IMG/VR virus record: IMGVR_UViG_3300025782_000009
DNA length: 64,000 bases
Source: a virus
Taxonomy: Duplodnaviria; Heunggongvirae; Uroviricota; Caudoviricetes
Direction: 5' to 3' (one strand)
Below, one piece after another: positions 32,609 to 42,618 of the stretch. The stretch's first letter is position 1, and every line of letters begins with the position of its first letter. Under the pieces are notes generated by a model. The model saw nothing but the letters and a program-made list of their open reading frames with translations. It was not told the DNA's origin and did not search any database. Both the position numbers and the translations under genes were made by a program.

Positions 32609-34989
32609 GCTGGAACCTCTGCATATTTAATTGCTTTGTAGCCTGAATCCAAAGTAACCACAGCATTTGGATATATCTTTTCAACCTCTTGAGCCATGAG
32701 TCCAATGAATCTACCGTGCCCTGCGGTCGGCGTATCTTTAAACTCAGGCTTGTACTCAAACTCGTATACACCAAGACCATCAGGACGAACTGCAATCTTA
32801 ACGATATTCTCTTTTGCCCTGATATCAGATGTTGTCCCGCCACCTGTTCCATTCGTACCGGAAGATGTAGTTGTATTGCTTTGCGGAGTAAGCGAATTGT
32901 AAATTCCAGTCAAACCAGATAGATCGCCGGCAATAGTAGACAACGTGGATGTATTCGGCGTTGTAGCAGCAGCAGATATTGGTAGACCTGCAAGCATACT
33001 TGCCTGATCGGTGAGTAATGTCTGTGGGTACTGAACCTGTTGGTTGAACTGATTGAGCGATGCTGTGTCCGCAGCTTGTTGTAGTCCTTGCTGTGTTCCT
33101 CCGGCTGTTCCAAGAGCCTGATTCGCTGCCAAACCGTAGTTAGCTGCCGCCTCATTAGCCGCTTCTTGATTCTGCTGAGCTTGCAAGCTTTGTGTATTAG
33201 CAGTATTAAACTGATTCATTGCGTTGTTGTACGCAGTGTTGTATCCAGTACCAATCAAATTAGCTTGTTGCGCCAATAGATTATAGGCATCCTGTCCTTG
33301 TAGAACTGCTTGTCTTGTACCGCCATAAGCCCCAGCATTGGTTAGCTTGCTTAGATCTCCTTGCTCATTTTGTTTAGCTTGGAGTTGTAAAGCTTGGAGT
33401 TGTGGATTTAAAGATGCCTGTGTATATGGGTTCATATACTGAGCTGCCGCATTAGCATCAAACGTACCAGACTGGAACTGGGTAGGCGTTAACCCTGTAG
33501 CAGCTATTTGATTGGCATTGGCAAAGTATTGGTTCTGTAGATTGGATGGGCCAGCAGTTAATTGACCCGTATAAACCGGCATACCAGAGTTAACTAGAGC
33601 CTGTTCTTGCCCGAGCATATTAGTAACATAAGGAGCAAATGTGCTGTTTAATCCTTGTGTTGTAGATGTTCCAAGACCCGATACCGCCGTGGGCGATGTG
33701 GCAGTATTGGCTGTAACAGTACTTCCTGTCGTACCGTCAAAGCCTTTAACGCCTCCACCAGACGCATATCCTGCAATACCACCAGGCATAAAGTGATCTG
33801 GGTTAATTTCTTTGCCCTGCTTCTTAGTACCCGTGCGAGCCATGCGAATCTTATCCATCATCTGGTAAAGCTTCTTAGCACCGGCATCAGAGTTGCCATT
33901 ACCTAAATGGGAAACGACATCGGCAGGAATAACAAACTCACCGTGGCTTAGCTTGGCTGGTTGTACACCGTCAATAGATGTATCTAGCTTATCTGCCATT
34001 CCGTCTGTTGAGCCTTGGAGATAGCGACCGCCATGAGCCATTCCTGCTATTCCGCCTGGCATCATTCCACCGTGAGCTGCGTGAGTGGTGGGTAAGTTTT
34101 GTTGTTGAGCAGGATTTTGCTGAAGGTTAGCCACTTGAGCCTGTATGGCTGCAATCTGATCTGGCGTAGCAACTTGAGCTATTCCTGTTGGTTGGGGCGC
34201 TGTTACGGGCGTGATAGCCTGTACTGGTTTTCCTTGGTTAGCCCATGCAGTATTGACGTTAGCTGCGGGCAATGGCTGAGCAGCTACTGGAGCTTGGGTT
34301 AAGCTTTGAGCTTGTTGGTTTGCTGTGGCTCTTGCAGCAGATATCTGAGATGGATCAACATACTGACCTGGAGTAAAGAAAGCCTGTCCTTGACCTGCTT
34401 GCGCTAAAGGAACCTGTTGATTTACATAGCTTAGATTAGGTATGCCAGCTGAGTTACTTAAAGCTGTTTTTGTATTGTTTCCTCCCAACATAGCTGCAAT
34501 ACCAGCAGCAGTGGTTAAGTTTCCAGCATTCAAAATGGAGGCAGGAATATTAGTTGCTTTACTGATGGCGTTAAGCAATCCTTGTGCGCCAGACTGAGCG
34601 CCAGCGGAAGAATCTGAACTAGCGGGAGTAGAAGAACTGGAAGACGCAGAAGGAGTTACTGTAGGTGTAGAGTAATACTTGCCGTCAGCCGTAACCGGAG
34701 CACCACTTTTTGAATCAACAAAACCTGTTGGGCTTGAGTTGCTTGTGGTTACACCCTCTGGCAGCGCAGTACCTGTAACTTCTGTCGTGTAATTACCTTG
34801 GGAATCCAAATAATAATTAAGAACCGTACCGTTTGCCTGTATTTGCTGATCAATTAGATCGCCTTTGCCGCTTGAAGTTCCGGTAGAAGAGGCAATGCCC
34901 TGGGCTGGCATGGATGTTGTAGAAGTTCCATCATCATAATATGTGGTAACGCTACCGTCCGAATTTTGAATTTGATCGGTAATATCCAT
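32605..34989 (-). CDS. Fibre or spike protein (794 aa) with a C-terminal intramolecular-chaperone (peptidase S74-like) auto-processing domain
   Basis: The C-terminus SDIRAKENIVKI...GVYEFEYK...HGRFIGLMAQEVEKIYPNAV carries the S-D-x-R-x-K signature. The body is Q/S/T/A-rich and also has an HGGMMPGGIAGMAHGG patch. Confidence 0.75.
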   Translation of the reverse strand: MDITDQIQNSDGSVTTYYDDGTSTTSMPAQGIASSTGTSSGKGDLIDQQIQANGTVLNYYLDSQGNYTTEVTGTALPEGVTTSNSSPTGFVDSKSGAPVTADGKYYSTPTVTPSASSSSSTPASSDSSAGAQSGAQGLLNAISKATNIPASILNAGNLTTAAGIAAMLGGNNTKTALSNSAGIPNLSYVNQQVPLAQAGQGQAFFTPGQYVDPSQISAARATANQQAQSLTQAPVAAQPLPAANVNTAWANQGKPVQAITPVTAPQPTGIAQVATPDQIAAIQAQVANLQQNPAQQQNLPTTHAAHGGMMPGGIAGMAHGGRYLQGSTDGMADKLDTSIDGVQPAKLSHGEFVIPADVVSHLGNGNSDAGAKKLYQMMDKIRMARTGTKKQGKEINPDHFMPGGIAGYASGGGVKGFDGTTGSTVTANTATSPTAVSGLGTSTTQGLNSTFAPYVTNMLGQEQALVNSGMPVYTGQLTAGPSNLQNQYFANANQIAATGLTPTQFQSGTFDANAAAQYMNPYTQASLNPQLQALQLQAKQNEQGDLSKLTNAGAYGGTRQAVLQGQDAYNLLAQQANLIGTGYNTAYNNAMNQFNTANTQSLQAQQNQEAANEAAANYGLAANQALGTAGGTQQGLQQAADTASLNQFNQQVQYPQTLLTDQASMLAGLPISAAATTPNTSTLSTIAGDLSGLTGIYNSLTPQSNTTTSSGTNGTGGGTTSDIRAKENIVKIAVRPDGLGVYEFEYKPEFKDTPTAGHGRFIGLMAQEVEKIYPNAVVTLDSGYKAIKYAEVPA

Positions 34990-34990
34990 A

Positions 34991-37396
34991 TTAAACTCTC
35001 CAGTCCATTAATCTTAATAAATCGTCTACTGAGCCGCCCGTAGCCGCCATTGTAGTGGTTTGCGCTTCATTTGGCGAGGCATAAATAACCTGTTGCACGT
35101 CTTGTGGTGCGCCATAATTTGTAGGTAAATCAGCCATAGTTGGCATATCAGCCATAGGTGTAGGGGATATGTTTTGTACAACGTTTGTGGGCTGATCTAC
35201 CAATCCAGCTAAATTTACCTTTGGAGCACCGGTATCCACAACTGGTGCGTTAGGCGTGTATATCGTAGGAGTAGCAAGGATTGCAAGCTGATTAGCAGTT
35301 AAACCGCTGGTTCCTGTAGTAGATCCCGTCAAACCAACCGCTGCCGCAGCAGAGCCAGCCGCGCTAGATGCTCCAGTTGCCCCTGTACTTGTAGTAGGAA
35401 CAAGCGGATTAGCCCCGGAAGTAGGCACATTTCCATATATCTTTTTAACGTCAAAGCCTATTTGGCTCAGCGGATTTGTTGGGTCTGCCGCAACAAGTGG
35501 TGATTCAGGGTTCTGAACAATATCTGGTATAGCAGGGTTGGATATGCCGGTAGGATTATTAAAGGCATCCACGATTTGCGTATAGGCTAATGCCAGTTCC
35601 GTTGGCGCTTGGAATCCGGCATCTTTAGCGGTTTGCTGTTGCTCGTATCCATTCCATCCGGCTTGTTGGGCAGTTTGATTAGCTGTATTCCAATCTGCGG
35701 CAGTGGCAATTCCATAATGAGTAGCAGTCTCATATGTTTTGGGATCAGAGAATCCTGCATCAGAAGCCATGCGCTCCTGTGGATAATTTACCCATCCATT
35801 CTTTTGCGCCTCAGAGTTAACGTCTAACCACTGAGCCATTGTTGGAACGTTGTATTCTTGCGCTGATTCGTATATAGCTGCGTTTGTAAATCCTGCGGCA
35901 GCCGCAACTTGTTGAGTAGGATAGTCTTTCCATCCCTGCTGTTGGGCAACGGAATCAATTGTTTGCTCGGCAGTTTTAACCGTAGTATCAGCTAATTGCT
36001 GAGTAATACCAGTGGCATCCTGTACCACATATTGTTCATAGTTAACAACATTATTTGCAACGCTAGCAGTTTGCGTATTAAGACTATCCAAATATGCGTT
36101 AACCTGTGTCTGAGCTGTAGATACCGCATCCGAATATGGTTTATATGACGTTTGCGCGGCAGTCATCTTTGCGCCAAGATCATTCAAATTAGCTATCTGC
36201 TGCTGAATATCAGGAGCTTGCTTTGCTAAAGCATTACCCTCCGCATTAATTTGATCGGCGGTCTTTGGCGAGGCATCAGGATTAGCGTTATAAGTATCAA
36301 CATCAGCTTTATAAGTAGCCAAGGCATCATTAAACGCTTTAGCATTTGCTTCTACCGTTGGCTGCAATTGAGAATATTGAGTTTGTATTGGATCTACATT
36401 GGTAGTAAAGTAATCTTGCGCTGCTTTAGCGGCAGGAACAAATGTATTGTTATAGTAATCTTTTGCTTGTGCTTTTAATTGATTTAATTGATCTGTTCCA
36501 TAAGATACGGCTTGTGCAATCGTAGTGGCTTTAGCAGATGTTCCAATTGCCGTTGCCACATCCTGTCCATTTAATATAGCTTTTGTAGCTGCATTAGTTG
36601 CATTAACTACATAGCTTGTTGGAATATTTCCGTATCCAGCAGCCTTCAATTCATTAGCAACATATCCACTAGCCGCTCCGGCAACAGCAGAATACATAAT
36701 CTGATTAACTGGTTGACCCATCAACGCAGCAGTAGCAGCTTGACCTGATGCACTTGTAACAACTTGCTTGATCAATTGTTGAGTAGCAGTAGTTATTCCA
36801 CTTTGCGTAGTTACTGCGCCGGTAGATGCATCTTCATATATAGCAGCTGCTGTACTTGTTCCTCCGGTTGCCACATTGCTTGCAGCAGTACCTGCATATT
36901 GACCAATGATTGATCCGGCATATCCAGCTCCAATAGCCAAGATCATCTTGCTCATATCACCGCCATTGATAGCGACAACTGCTGCGTTAGTAATAGCAGC
37001 TCTGAGTGCGGCATCCTGAATTAAAGCTGTACTAGCACCCGCTCCTGCGGCAGCTCCAGTAGCTGCACCCGCTGCGGCTCCTGAACCTGCTCCTGCTCCC
37101 GCACCAATAGCTTCTCCAGCGCCGCTTGTAACAGCTGCACCAGTACTATCAACAAGTGCTGAACCCGCCGTGGCTCCTGCTCCTGCGCCAGCACCTGCAC
37201 CTGCTCCGGCAGAACCTATTCCAGACGGCCCAAGAGCATAAGATATAGCAATTGCTTCAATAATAGGTAAAGGATTAGCAATAATGTAATTGACCGTATT
37301 CTCTAGCTGCTTACCAAGCTTTGCAGTTGCACCTTCAGCTTGTGATATAGGGTTGGCAAGCGCACGAGATATAGGATTACCGCACGACATTTGCAA
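34991..37396 (-). CDS. Large structural protein (801 aa) with a Gly/Ala-rich N-terminus and three GW-YP repeats of about 40 aa
   Basis: (GA)n stretch GAGAGAGAGATAG. The repeats are QQQGWKDYPTQQVAAAAGFTNAAIYESAQEY / KNGWVNYPQERMASDAGFSDPKTYETATHY / QAGWNGYEQQQTAKDAGFQAPTELALAY. Confidence 0.7.
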   Translation of the reverse strand: MQMSCGNPISRALANPISQAEGATAKLGKQLENTVNYIIANPLPIIEAIAISYALGPSGIGSAGAGAGAGAGAGATAGSALVDSTGAAVTSGAGEAIGAGAGAGSGAAAGAATGAAAGAGASTALIQDAALRAAITNAAVVAINGGDMSKMILAIGAGYAGSIIGQYAGTAASNVATGGTSTAAAIYEDASTGAVTTQSGITTATQQLIKQVVTSASGQAATAALMGQPVNQIMYSAVAGAASGYVANELKAAGYGNIPTSYVVNATNAATKAILNGQDVATAIGTSAKATTIAQAVSYGTDQLNQLKAQAKDYYNNTFVPAAKAAQDYFTTNVDPIQTQYSQLQPTVEANAKAFNDALATYKADVDTYNANPDASPKTADQINAEGNALAKQAPDIQQQIANLNDLGAKMTAAQTSYKPYSDAVSTAQTQVNAYLDSLNTQTASVANNVVNYEQYVVQDATGITQQLADTTVKTAEQTIDSVAQQQGWKDYPTQQVAAAAGFTNAAIYESAQEYNVPTMAQWLDVNSEAQKNGWVNYPQERMASDAGFSDPKTYETATHYGIATAADWNTANQTAQQAGWNGYEQQQTAKDAGFQAPTELALAYTQIVDAFNNPTGISNPAIPDIVQNPESPLVAADPTNPLSQIGFDVKKIYGNVPTSGANPLVPTTSTGATGASSAAGSAAAAVGLTGSTTGTSGLTANQLAILATPTIYTPNAPVVDTGAPKVNLAGLVDQPTNVVQNISPTPMADMPTMADLPTNYGAPQDVQQVIYASPNEAQTTTMAATGGSVDDLLRLMDWRV

Positions 37397-37778
37397 CTCC
37401 TTGATACATCACGGAGCCTTTTTTATCTTTGCCAATTGGACTAATATCCATCTGCCATCCGGCTTTTCTAAATTGGTTGAATATATTTATATCAGATGAA
37501 TCACCAAATATAGTGTGATACCCAGCAATTATCATTGCCCTAGAAAATTCTTGTATGTTTCTAAGAAAAGTCTTGTATGAATCTGTGTTAAATATAGACA
37601 GCTTAGCCACGCCAGGAGATACGATTTCAATCCAAAACAAAGTATTGTTCTGCCTGATTACCCTGTATTTATTAGAAGCAATAGACTGATGAATGTTGTA
37701 ATAAAGATCTTTCCAATCCATTCCATAATCCTCAAAGTGAGGACTTTTCTTAATGATTTCCTGCTCGGTCATCCTCAT
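37377..37778 (-). CDS. Hypothetical structural-module protein (133 aa)
   Basis: ORF in the operon. Confidence 0.5.
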   Translation of the reverse strand: MRMTEQEIIKKSPHFEDYGMDWKDLYYNIHQSIASNKYRVIRQNNTLFWIEIVSPGVAKLSIFNTDSYKTFLRNIQEFSRAMIIAGYHTIFGDSSDINIFNQFRKAGWQMDISPIGKDKKGSVMYQGVANVVR

Positions 37779-38029
37779 GGTTTTACCTTGAGAACATAGT
37801 TAGCAGTCTTGTCTACATATACCTGCCCAGGTCTAAGTGAGCTTACCTGGGTCTGATCCGGCAAAGTGTTGTAGTCAAAGATAATTCCATTAACAGATAT
37901 GATCTGTTGGGCGTTAACCTGGTTTAAGAACATACGCAAAATATTAATCAGCATATTCATGTATGCTTGATCGTATTCCTTGGGAGGAACCGGGAAAGCT
38001 GGCGGGTTTTGATTCTGTAGCATTCCCAT
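37775..38029 (-). CDS. Hypothetical protein (84 aa)
   Basis: ORF with ATGA coupling. Confidence 0.5.
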   Translation of the reverse strand: MGMLQNQNPPAFPVPPKEYDQAYMNMLINILRMFLNQVNAQQIISVNGIIFDYNTLPDQTQVSSLRPGQVYVDKTANYVLKVKP

Positions 38030-38030
38030 G

Positions 38031-40133
38031 TTAGCCCCTTAATCCATCTGACTTCCAATCAAATCTGTGTATACCTGATTGCCATGAGAGATTTAACTGA
38101 TTACCAGCTATCTTGAAATATATCTGCCGTCCACGAACCCTGGTATTGACCTGTCCAGTGAATTGCTCAATAGGATATGTAGCCGTTTCCGTGATCGTGC
38201 CGTTGCTTACCCCGCCAGTAGACTGGGGCGTATAGTATCCAGAGCCAGAGTTGAGCATAGGATAAAAGCTCATCGTTACTTGCGGGTTGGTCGCAGTAGA
38301 TCCAAGGAACGTAAAGTCTGGCAGCATCCTCCATATATAGGAAACATTACCTGTTCCGTCCTGGATATCAAACTCACTACTGATCAAGTATGTGTTCATC
38401 GGCTGAGCAGTACCAGTCTCGTTATTGTTATTTCCGTACTCATGGAATACCAATGTCTGATTTGATCCTGTTGCGCCGACTGGGTATTGATACAAGCCGT
38501 TCTGTAACCAAGCTGTCCGGCTGAGTGATCCGTAGTACCAAATATCTAGCTCATAGTTGTACACAACGTATGCATCGTTATATCCATCAGAAGAGGATGT
38601 AGTGGTATAGAACCACCATACTTCATTGAACTCCTCATTGGTTCCGCAAGTAACCTGGAGATATTGATTGGGATCAAGGTTGTCAAAGATGTATTTCTTT
38701 AGGTCGCATCTAAGAGTCTTTAGCGTACCGTCATACATATAGAACTTGCCGTATCCCATCCAATAAGCCGCACCATTTGCATAAGCCGCTGCGTTAGGGC
38801 TGGCAATAGACTGAGTTTCACCGACCAAGGTAAATGTCCATACAGCAGGTGTACCTACATATTGACCGGCATACAAGGACGAATCAGTAAAGACCAGGAT
38901 CTGTTGGTTCATCTGCAAGGCGGTAACGATATGAGTACCGTGCGACAAAGGAATAGAACCTGCCTGGTTGGTAGAGCTGGGAGTCCATGTCGTTACGCTT
39001 TCCTGGTCTGACCAGCGAATCAGCATAGGATTAAATGTAGTACTAGCCGTATCGTTCGTGCCAAACAAGAGCAAGAACCTGCTGGAATCAGATACAAGTA
39101 AATAATTAGCAGTTAAAGGCAAGTCCGTACCGCCAAAAGATAAAGTAACCGCTGCATTTGTAGCGGTAGCTGCCTGAGATAAAGTAAGACTTGTCCCGCT
39201 TATCGTTGCTACAGTCGTGCCAAAAGGTATACCTGTACCCGTTACCACGGATCCCTGATAAATACTTGCATTGGTTGCTGACAAAGTAACTGCCGTAGAC
39301 GTAGCCGTTATGCTTGCCGTCTGGGTGGTAATTGGTATCGTAGCCAAGGATATAGCTCTGGTAGTTAAAGAATTACTTCCATACCAGTAATAAATTGGGC
39401 CACCTATTGGACAGAAAACCAAGTCTTGCCCGTAGTTATCTTGTGACCACAAACGAAGTGGGATAGCCTGAGTAGCACCATTGCCCCATGTACCTGCTCC
39501 CCAAGCACCTGCCCCCCATCCAGTCTGAGCCTGGGTTAAAGCGGGGCCAGTGTTAATCTGATAAGTTGCAACCACAGAAGAGCCACCGCCAGTGCCGTTA
39601 GCATTAGCAAGAGTGGCGGCAGTAACGGTATAAGTAGTTGGAGCAATCGCCGAGCAAGTGATTTGATACTGTCCATTTAATGTAATCCCGTTAACCGTTG
39701 TCGCTCCGCTAAATGTAACAAAGTCACCATTTGTATATCCGCTTGTACTGTCCGCAACAGTCACCACCGCAGAACCATTGACCGTAGTAAAAGGATTAGA
39801 CCCCAGCGTATAAGATGCGCGGATAGGCGTAATATCGTAATAAGCCCCACCGTTTTGAACGTAGAACTTTAGATTAGTCCCTACTCCGATATAGGTCAGA
39901 TAAGCAAGCGTTACCCATGACCACAAGGAACGGCAGATGCCAAGGAATTTAGAGTTGGTAATAGGATTCCATCCGCCCATGCTCTCAGGCATACCCTGGC
40001 GAAAGCGGACTAAGTTAGATTCGTACCAGCCCGTCACATAGCCAGATGCATTATTAACCCCTAATAGCTGGGTTGCATATCTGGTATTTTCTCTATTAAC
40101 ACCTGGGCGGCAGACGATATCTTTTAATGGCAC
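38031..40133 (-). CDS. Large tail or virion structural protein (700 aa)
   Basis: Long ORF with beta-rich S/T/G/N composition, directly downstream of the endolysin in operon order. Confidence 0.65.
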   Translation of the reverse strand: MPLKDIVCRPGVNRENTRYATQLLGVNNASGYVTGWYESNLVRFRQGMPESMGGWNPITNSKFLGICRSLWSWVTLAYLTYIGVGTNLKFYVQNGGAYYDITPIRASYTLGSNPFTTVNGSAVVTVADSTSGYTNGDFVTFSGATTVNGITLNGQYQITCSAIAPTTYTVTAATLANANGTGGGSSVVATYQINTGPALTQAQTGWGAGAWGAGTWGNGATQAIPLRLWSQDNYGQDLVFCPIGGPIYYWYGSNSLTTRAISLATIPITTQTASITATSTAVTLSATNASIYQGSVVTGTGIPFGTTVATISGTSLTLSQAATATNAAVTLSFGGTDLPLTANYLLVSDSSRFLLLFGTNDTASTTFNPMLIRWSDQESVTTWTPSSTNQAGSIPLSHGTHIVTALQMNQQILVFTDSSLYAGQYVGTPAVWTFTLVGETQSIASPNAAAYANGAAYWMGYGKFYMYDGTLKTLRCDLKKYIFDNLDPNQYLQVTCGTNEEFNEVWWFYTTTSSSDGYNDAYVVYNYELDIWYYGSLSRTAWLQNGLYQYPVGATGSNQTLVFHEYGNNNNETGTAQPMNTYLISSEFDIQDGTGNVSYIWRMLPDFTFLGSTATNPQVTMSFYPMLNSGSGYYTPQSTGGVSNGTITETATYPIEQFTGQVNTRVRGRQIYFKIAGNQLNLSWQSGIHRFDWKSDGLRG

Positions 40134-40144
40134 AGCTATTCCTC

Positions 40145-40741
40145 TTATGCAAAGACGGATAACGCATGATTGGTTTTAGCAATGCGATCTTCTAGTCCTA
40201 TTGTCCCACCATTGATCTTCTTGGTCAACGCTACCCAGTCCTTTGCCTGGGCTAAATTATTGCATCCATGCGTGTTCCAAAACCATCCCGCAGACAGCAT
40301 CGCATACATGGGCGTAGCTACCAGATCAGGCTTTCTTACCAGGTCTTCCTTAATAGCTTGACCACAATGCCAGTAGTTATCGTGCAGAGTAAGTTGAATA
40401 GCTCCTCTTCCCCGGTACATATAACCATCCCCGCTTGCCTCGTCCCGGTTGCCGCCTTTGTTGGCATATGCCCGGTTTGCAATTTTCTGGGGGTTATTTG
40501 CGTACTCGGCTGCGTTGGCTGAGTTGAAATGGGTAGGCCATAGGCGGATCAGTGTCTCTGCTTTATAGTGCAGATTCTCTTCCAGGGTTCTATAGTTTCC
40601 GCTCTCATGGGCAGTCTGGGCTATGAACGCAGCAGCTTCTTCAGGAGTAACAATACTAAATGCGGCAAAGGTCGTATTAAGAGGTTCTACCCATTCCGGG
40701 CCAATACCCATTGCATGAAGCTGCTGTGCTGTAACGTTCAT
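40145..40741 (-). CDS. Endolysin, glycoside hydrolase family 19 (chitinase-like lysozyme)
   Basis: AAFIAQTAHESGNY and YRGRGAIQLTLHDNY match the GH19 catalytic motifs. Confidence 0.85.
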   Translation of the reverse strand: MNVTAQQLHAMGIGPEWVEPLNTTFAAFSIVTPEEAAAFIAQTAHESGNYRTLEENLHYKAETLIRLWPTHFNSANAAEYANNPQKIANRAYANKGGNRDEASGDGYMYRGRGAIQLTLHDNYWHCGQAIKEDLVRKPDLVATPMYAMLSAGWFWNTHGCNNLAQAKDWVALTKKINGGTIGLEDRIAKTNHALSVFA

Positions 40742-41202
40742 TTCTTAGCCTTATTAAACGTATCTCTTACTTCGTTGTACTTGGTGATGCAAGCGTTGAG
40801 GTCTTTGATGGCTGAGTCCCCGTCTGTTGTGATGGAGACAATATCTTTAATAGCCTGTCTGTCAGATTCGCTTGCCTGACTTCCATCTCCAGCGGCGGTA
40901 TCTGTGGCGGGCTGTACGGCACAACTGGTCGGGAGGCGCAGCTCACCAGAGTCAATGCGAGAATTAATATTAGCCTGTTTAGATTTGATTTCATCTTTAG
41001 CCTTTCTAAGCTGGGAGTTTATCTGGTCAAACTTATCCGCTACTCTGTGTTCTTTTTCCAGGGATTCTGCGTTGAGTCTTGAAATCTCCACTGCGTCTTC
41101 GGTTGATTTCTGTTCATATCCTTGATGATGGCCATAGCCATATACACCAACAAGTGCACAAACAAAAGCAAGAATAATATAGGGATTAGGTAGTCCAAAC
41201 AT
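40738..41202 (-). CDS. i-spanin (Rz-like): N-terminal transmembrane segment plus a periplasmic coiled coil
   Basis: N-terminal transmembrane helix PYIILAFVCALVGVYGY, a charged helical region and GELRLPTSC. It sits immediately upstream of the endolysin with ATGA overlap and contains an embedded lipoprotein ORF. Confidence 0.65.
   Translation of the reverse strand: MFGLPNPYIILAFVCALVGVYGYGHHQGYEQKSTEDAVEISRLNAESLEKEHRVADKFDQINSQLRKAKDEIKSKQANINSRIDSGELRLPTSCAVQPATDTAAGDGSQASESDRQAIKDIVSITTDGDSAIKDLNACITKYNEVRDTFNKAKK
40767..40994 (-). CDS. o-spanin (Rz1-like) lipoprotein embedded in the +1 frame of the i-spanin gene
   Basis: Signal peptide with the lipobox LTLVSC, then a Pro-rich mature region PVVPYSPPQIPPLE. 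It lies entirely inside 40738..41202. Confidence 0.55.
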   Translation of the reverse strand: MKSNLNRLILILALTLVSCASRPVVPYSPPQIPPLEMEVRQANLTDRLLKILSPSQQTGTQPSKTSTLASPSTTK

Positions 41203-41203
41203 A

Positions 41204-41662
41204 TCACCTCAAGTCTGCTTTGATGTTAGCCAACCGCTCACGCTCTGCTTCGTCCAGAACTGGTGGGGTAGTTGGTGCGGGAGGCGGTGTCCAACCAGGA
41301 GCAGCTGCCATTGTAATAGTCTCTACCTTGGGAGCCACATAAGCGGACGTACCTGCTTTGACGTTATTCATCATAGCCGTTGCCTCGTTGGTCAAGCCCT
41401 TGGTCATAATGCCACCGATACCGCCCACGATTAGCAGGACGATATCATTCAGCATCTTGGTAAAAGCCTGGTCAATAGGAGCCATAGCCTTAATTGGCTG
41501 GCTAACAAACATGACACTATAAATTAGGGTAACTACTATAAAGAATAGTATGAGAGTTACCACAACAATGACAAAAGCCCTGGTGCGGGCTTCTATTTCA
41601 TCGGCAGTTAGCCGTTCCTGATTGGGGTTGGGGGTTAGCAGGAGTAGCAGGATTTCCTTCAA
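41204..41662 (-). CDS. Membrane protein (152 aa) in the lysis/membrane cluster
   Basis: Transmembrane segment FVIVVVTLILFFIVVTLIYSV. Overlaps the upstream lipoprotein ORF, so its start is uncertain. Confidence 0.45.
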   Translation of the reverse strand: MKEILLLLLTPNPNQERLTADEIEARTRAFVIVVVTLILFFIVVTLIYSVMFVSQPIKAMAPIDQAFTKMLNDIVLLIVGGIGGIMTKGLTNEATAMMNNVKAGTSAYVAPKVETITMAAAPGWTPPPAPTTPPVLDEAERERLANIKADLR

Positions 41663-41831
41663 TTTTCTTCTCCAGTATTGGGGCTACAAGGTATTCGGGA
41701 CAGTCTTGGGTGAATTCACAACGGGGATGCTGACACTGAGCCGCGCCGAAGTGGTCTGGGTCTTGGCAGTAATAGCGGTACTCATCGTGACACCCCGCTA
41801 ATAATAAAATCAATAAAGCGCATTTTCTCAT
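41598..41831 (-). CDS. Cys-rich lipoprotein (77 aa). It is an additional lipoprotein distinct from the embedded Rz1; possibly superinfection-exclusion or spanin-related
   Basis: MRKCALLILLLAGC has the lipobox LLAGC. The mature part holds 6 more Cys (YYCQDPDHFGAAQCQHPRCEFTQDC). Confidence 0.5.
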   Translation of the reverse strand: MRKCALLILLLAGCHDEYRYYCQDPDHFGAAQCQHPRCEFTQDCPEYLVAPILEKKIEGNPATPANPQPQSGTANCR

Positions 41832-42022
41832 TCACTTTTATCCTTTTGCCGTTCCATTTCTTTCTTCAGCTTTTCAATCCGCTTTATGTCTGCTTGCAAC
41901 AGAATCCTCTCTTGCCTTACATCCATATACAAAAGACCTAGAACGGGGAGTACCAGAACAAATAACAACGCCAATATGATTATCGTTATTACATAGGCCC
42001 AGTCATTACTTTTATTGCCCAC
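41828..42022 (-). CDS. Small single-transmembrane protein (64 aa); holin or antiholin candidate
   Basis: Transmembrane segment YVITIIILALLFVLVLPVLGLLY followed by a highly charged C-terminus. Confidence 0.45.
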   Translation of the reverse strand: MGNKSNDWAYVITIIILALLFVLVLPVLGLLYMDVRQERILLQADIKRIEKLKKEMERQKDKSE

Positions 42023-42618
42023 ATCAGCCCCGCCATATAAATTGCAACTATTATCACCGCTATAGTCGAAGCTGTCCTAAACCAAATCTTATCAGCCAGT
42101 TCCCTCTCCCTCGCTTCAATCTCTCTTCTCTTCCTGAACATAGCTTGCTTTGCCATAGCCTGTTCATTTGCAATCGTCCCGATCATCTTGTTCACACGGG
42201 TGTACAAGTCTTTCAACTCAGGGGGAACGTGGTAAACCATATACTCCCTTAGTTCTACCTGCATCTCCTCCATCTGGGACATGGCTAGAACTCTTTGCAC
42301 CGCCTTCTCAGTCTGATCACCGCTTGGATCGTAGACCGTCCGTGACTTCTCTTCCTCTTCTTCGATGTGATCTTTTAGCGTGTTGTACGCCTTAAAGAAT
42401 GCCGTGATTTGTTTTCCTATCTCAGCGTAGACCGCAGGAGCATCAAACTCTTCTGCTTGCTTTTTCTTTTTCTTTACTTCTACTGGGACTGCTTGCTCTG
42501 GTGTTGAGAACAGATTAGCAATCCATCCAAAAATTCCTGATACTTCTTTGCCAATTGCTTTGACTTCGTTGGCTGTCTTTACTACATCTTTCACCACCGC
42601 CTGTCCCTCACGGAACAT
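41989..42618 (-). CDS. Protein with a C-terminal transmembrane anchor (209 aa)
   Basis: Charged helical body, with the C-terminus TIAVIIVAIYMAGLMWAI. Confidence 0.5.
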   Translation of the reverse strand: MFREGQAVVKDVVKTANEVKAIGKEVSGIFGWIANLFSTPEQAVPVEVKKKKKQAEEFDAPAVYAEIGKQITAFFKAYNTLKDHIEEEEEKSRTVYDPSGDQTEKAVQRVLAMSQMEEMQVELREYMVYHVPPELKDLYTRVNKMIGTIANEQAMAKQAMFRKRREIEARERELADKIWFRTASTIAVIIVAIYMAGLMWAIKVMTGPM

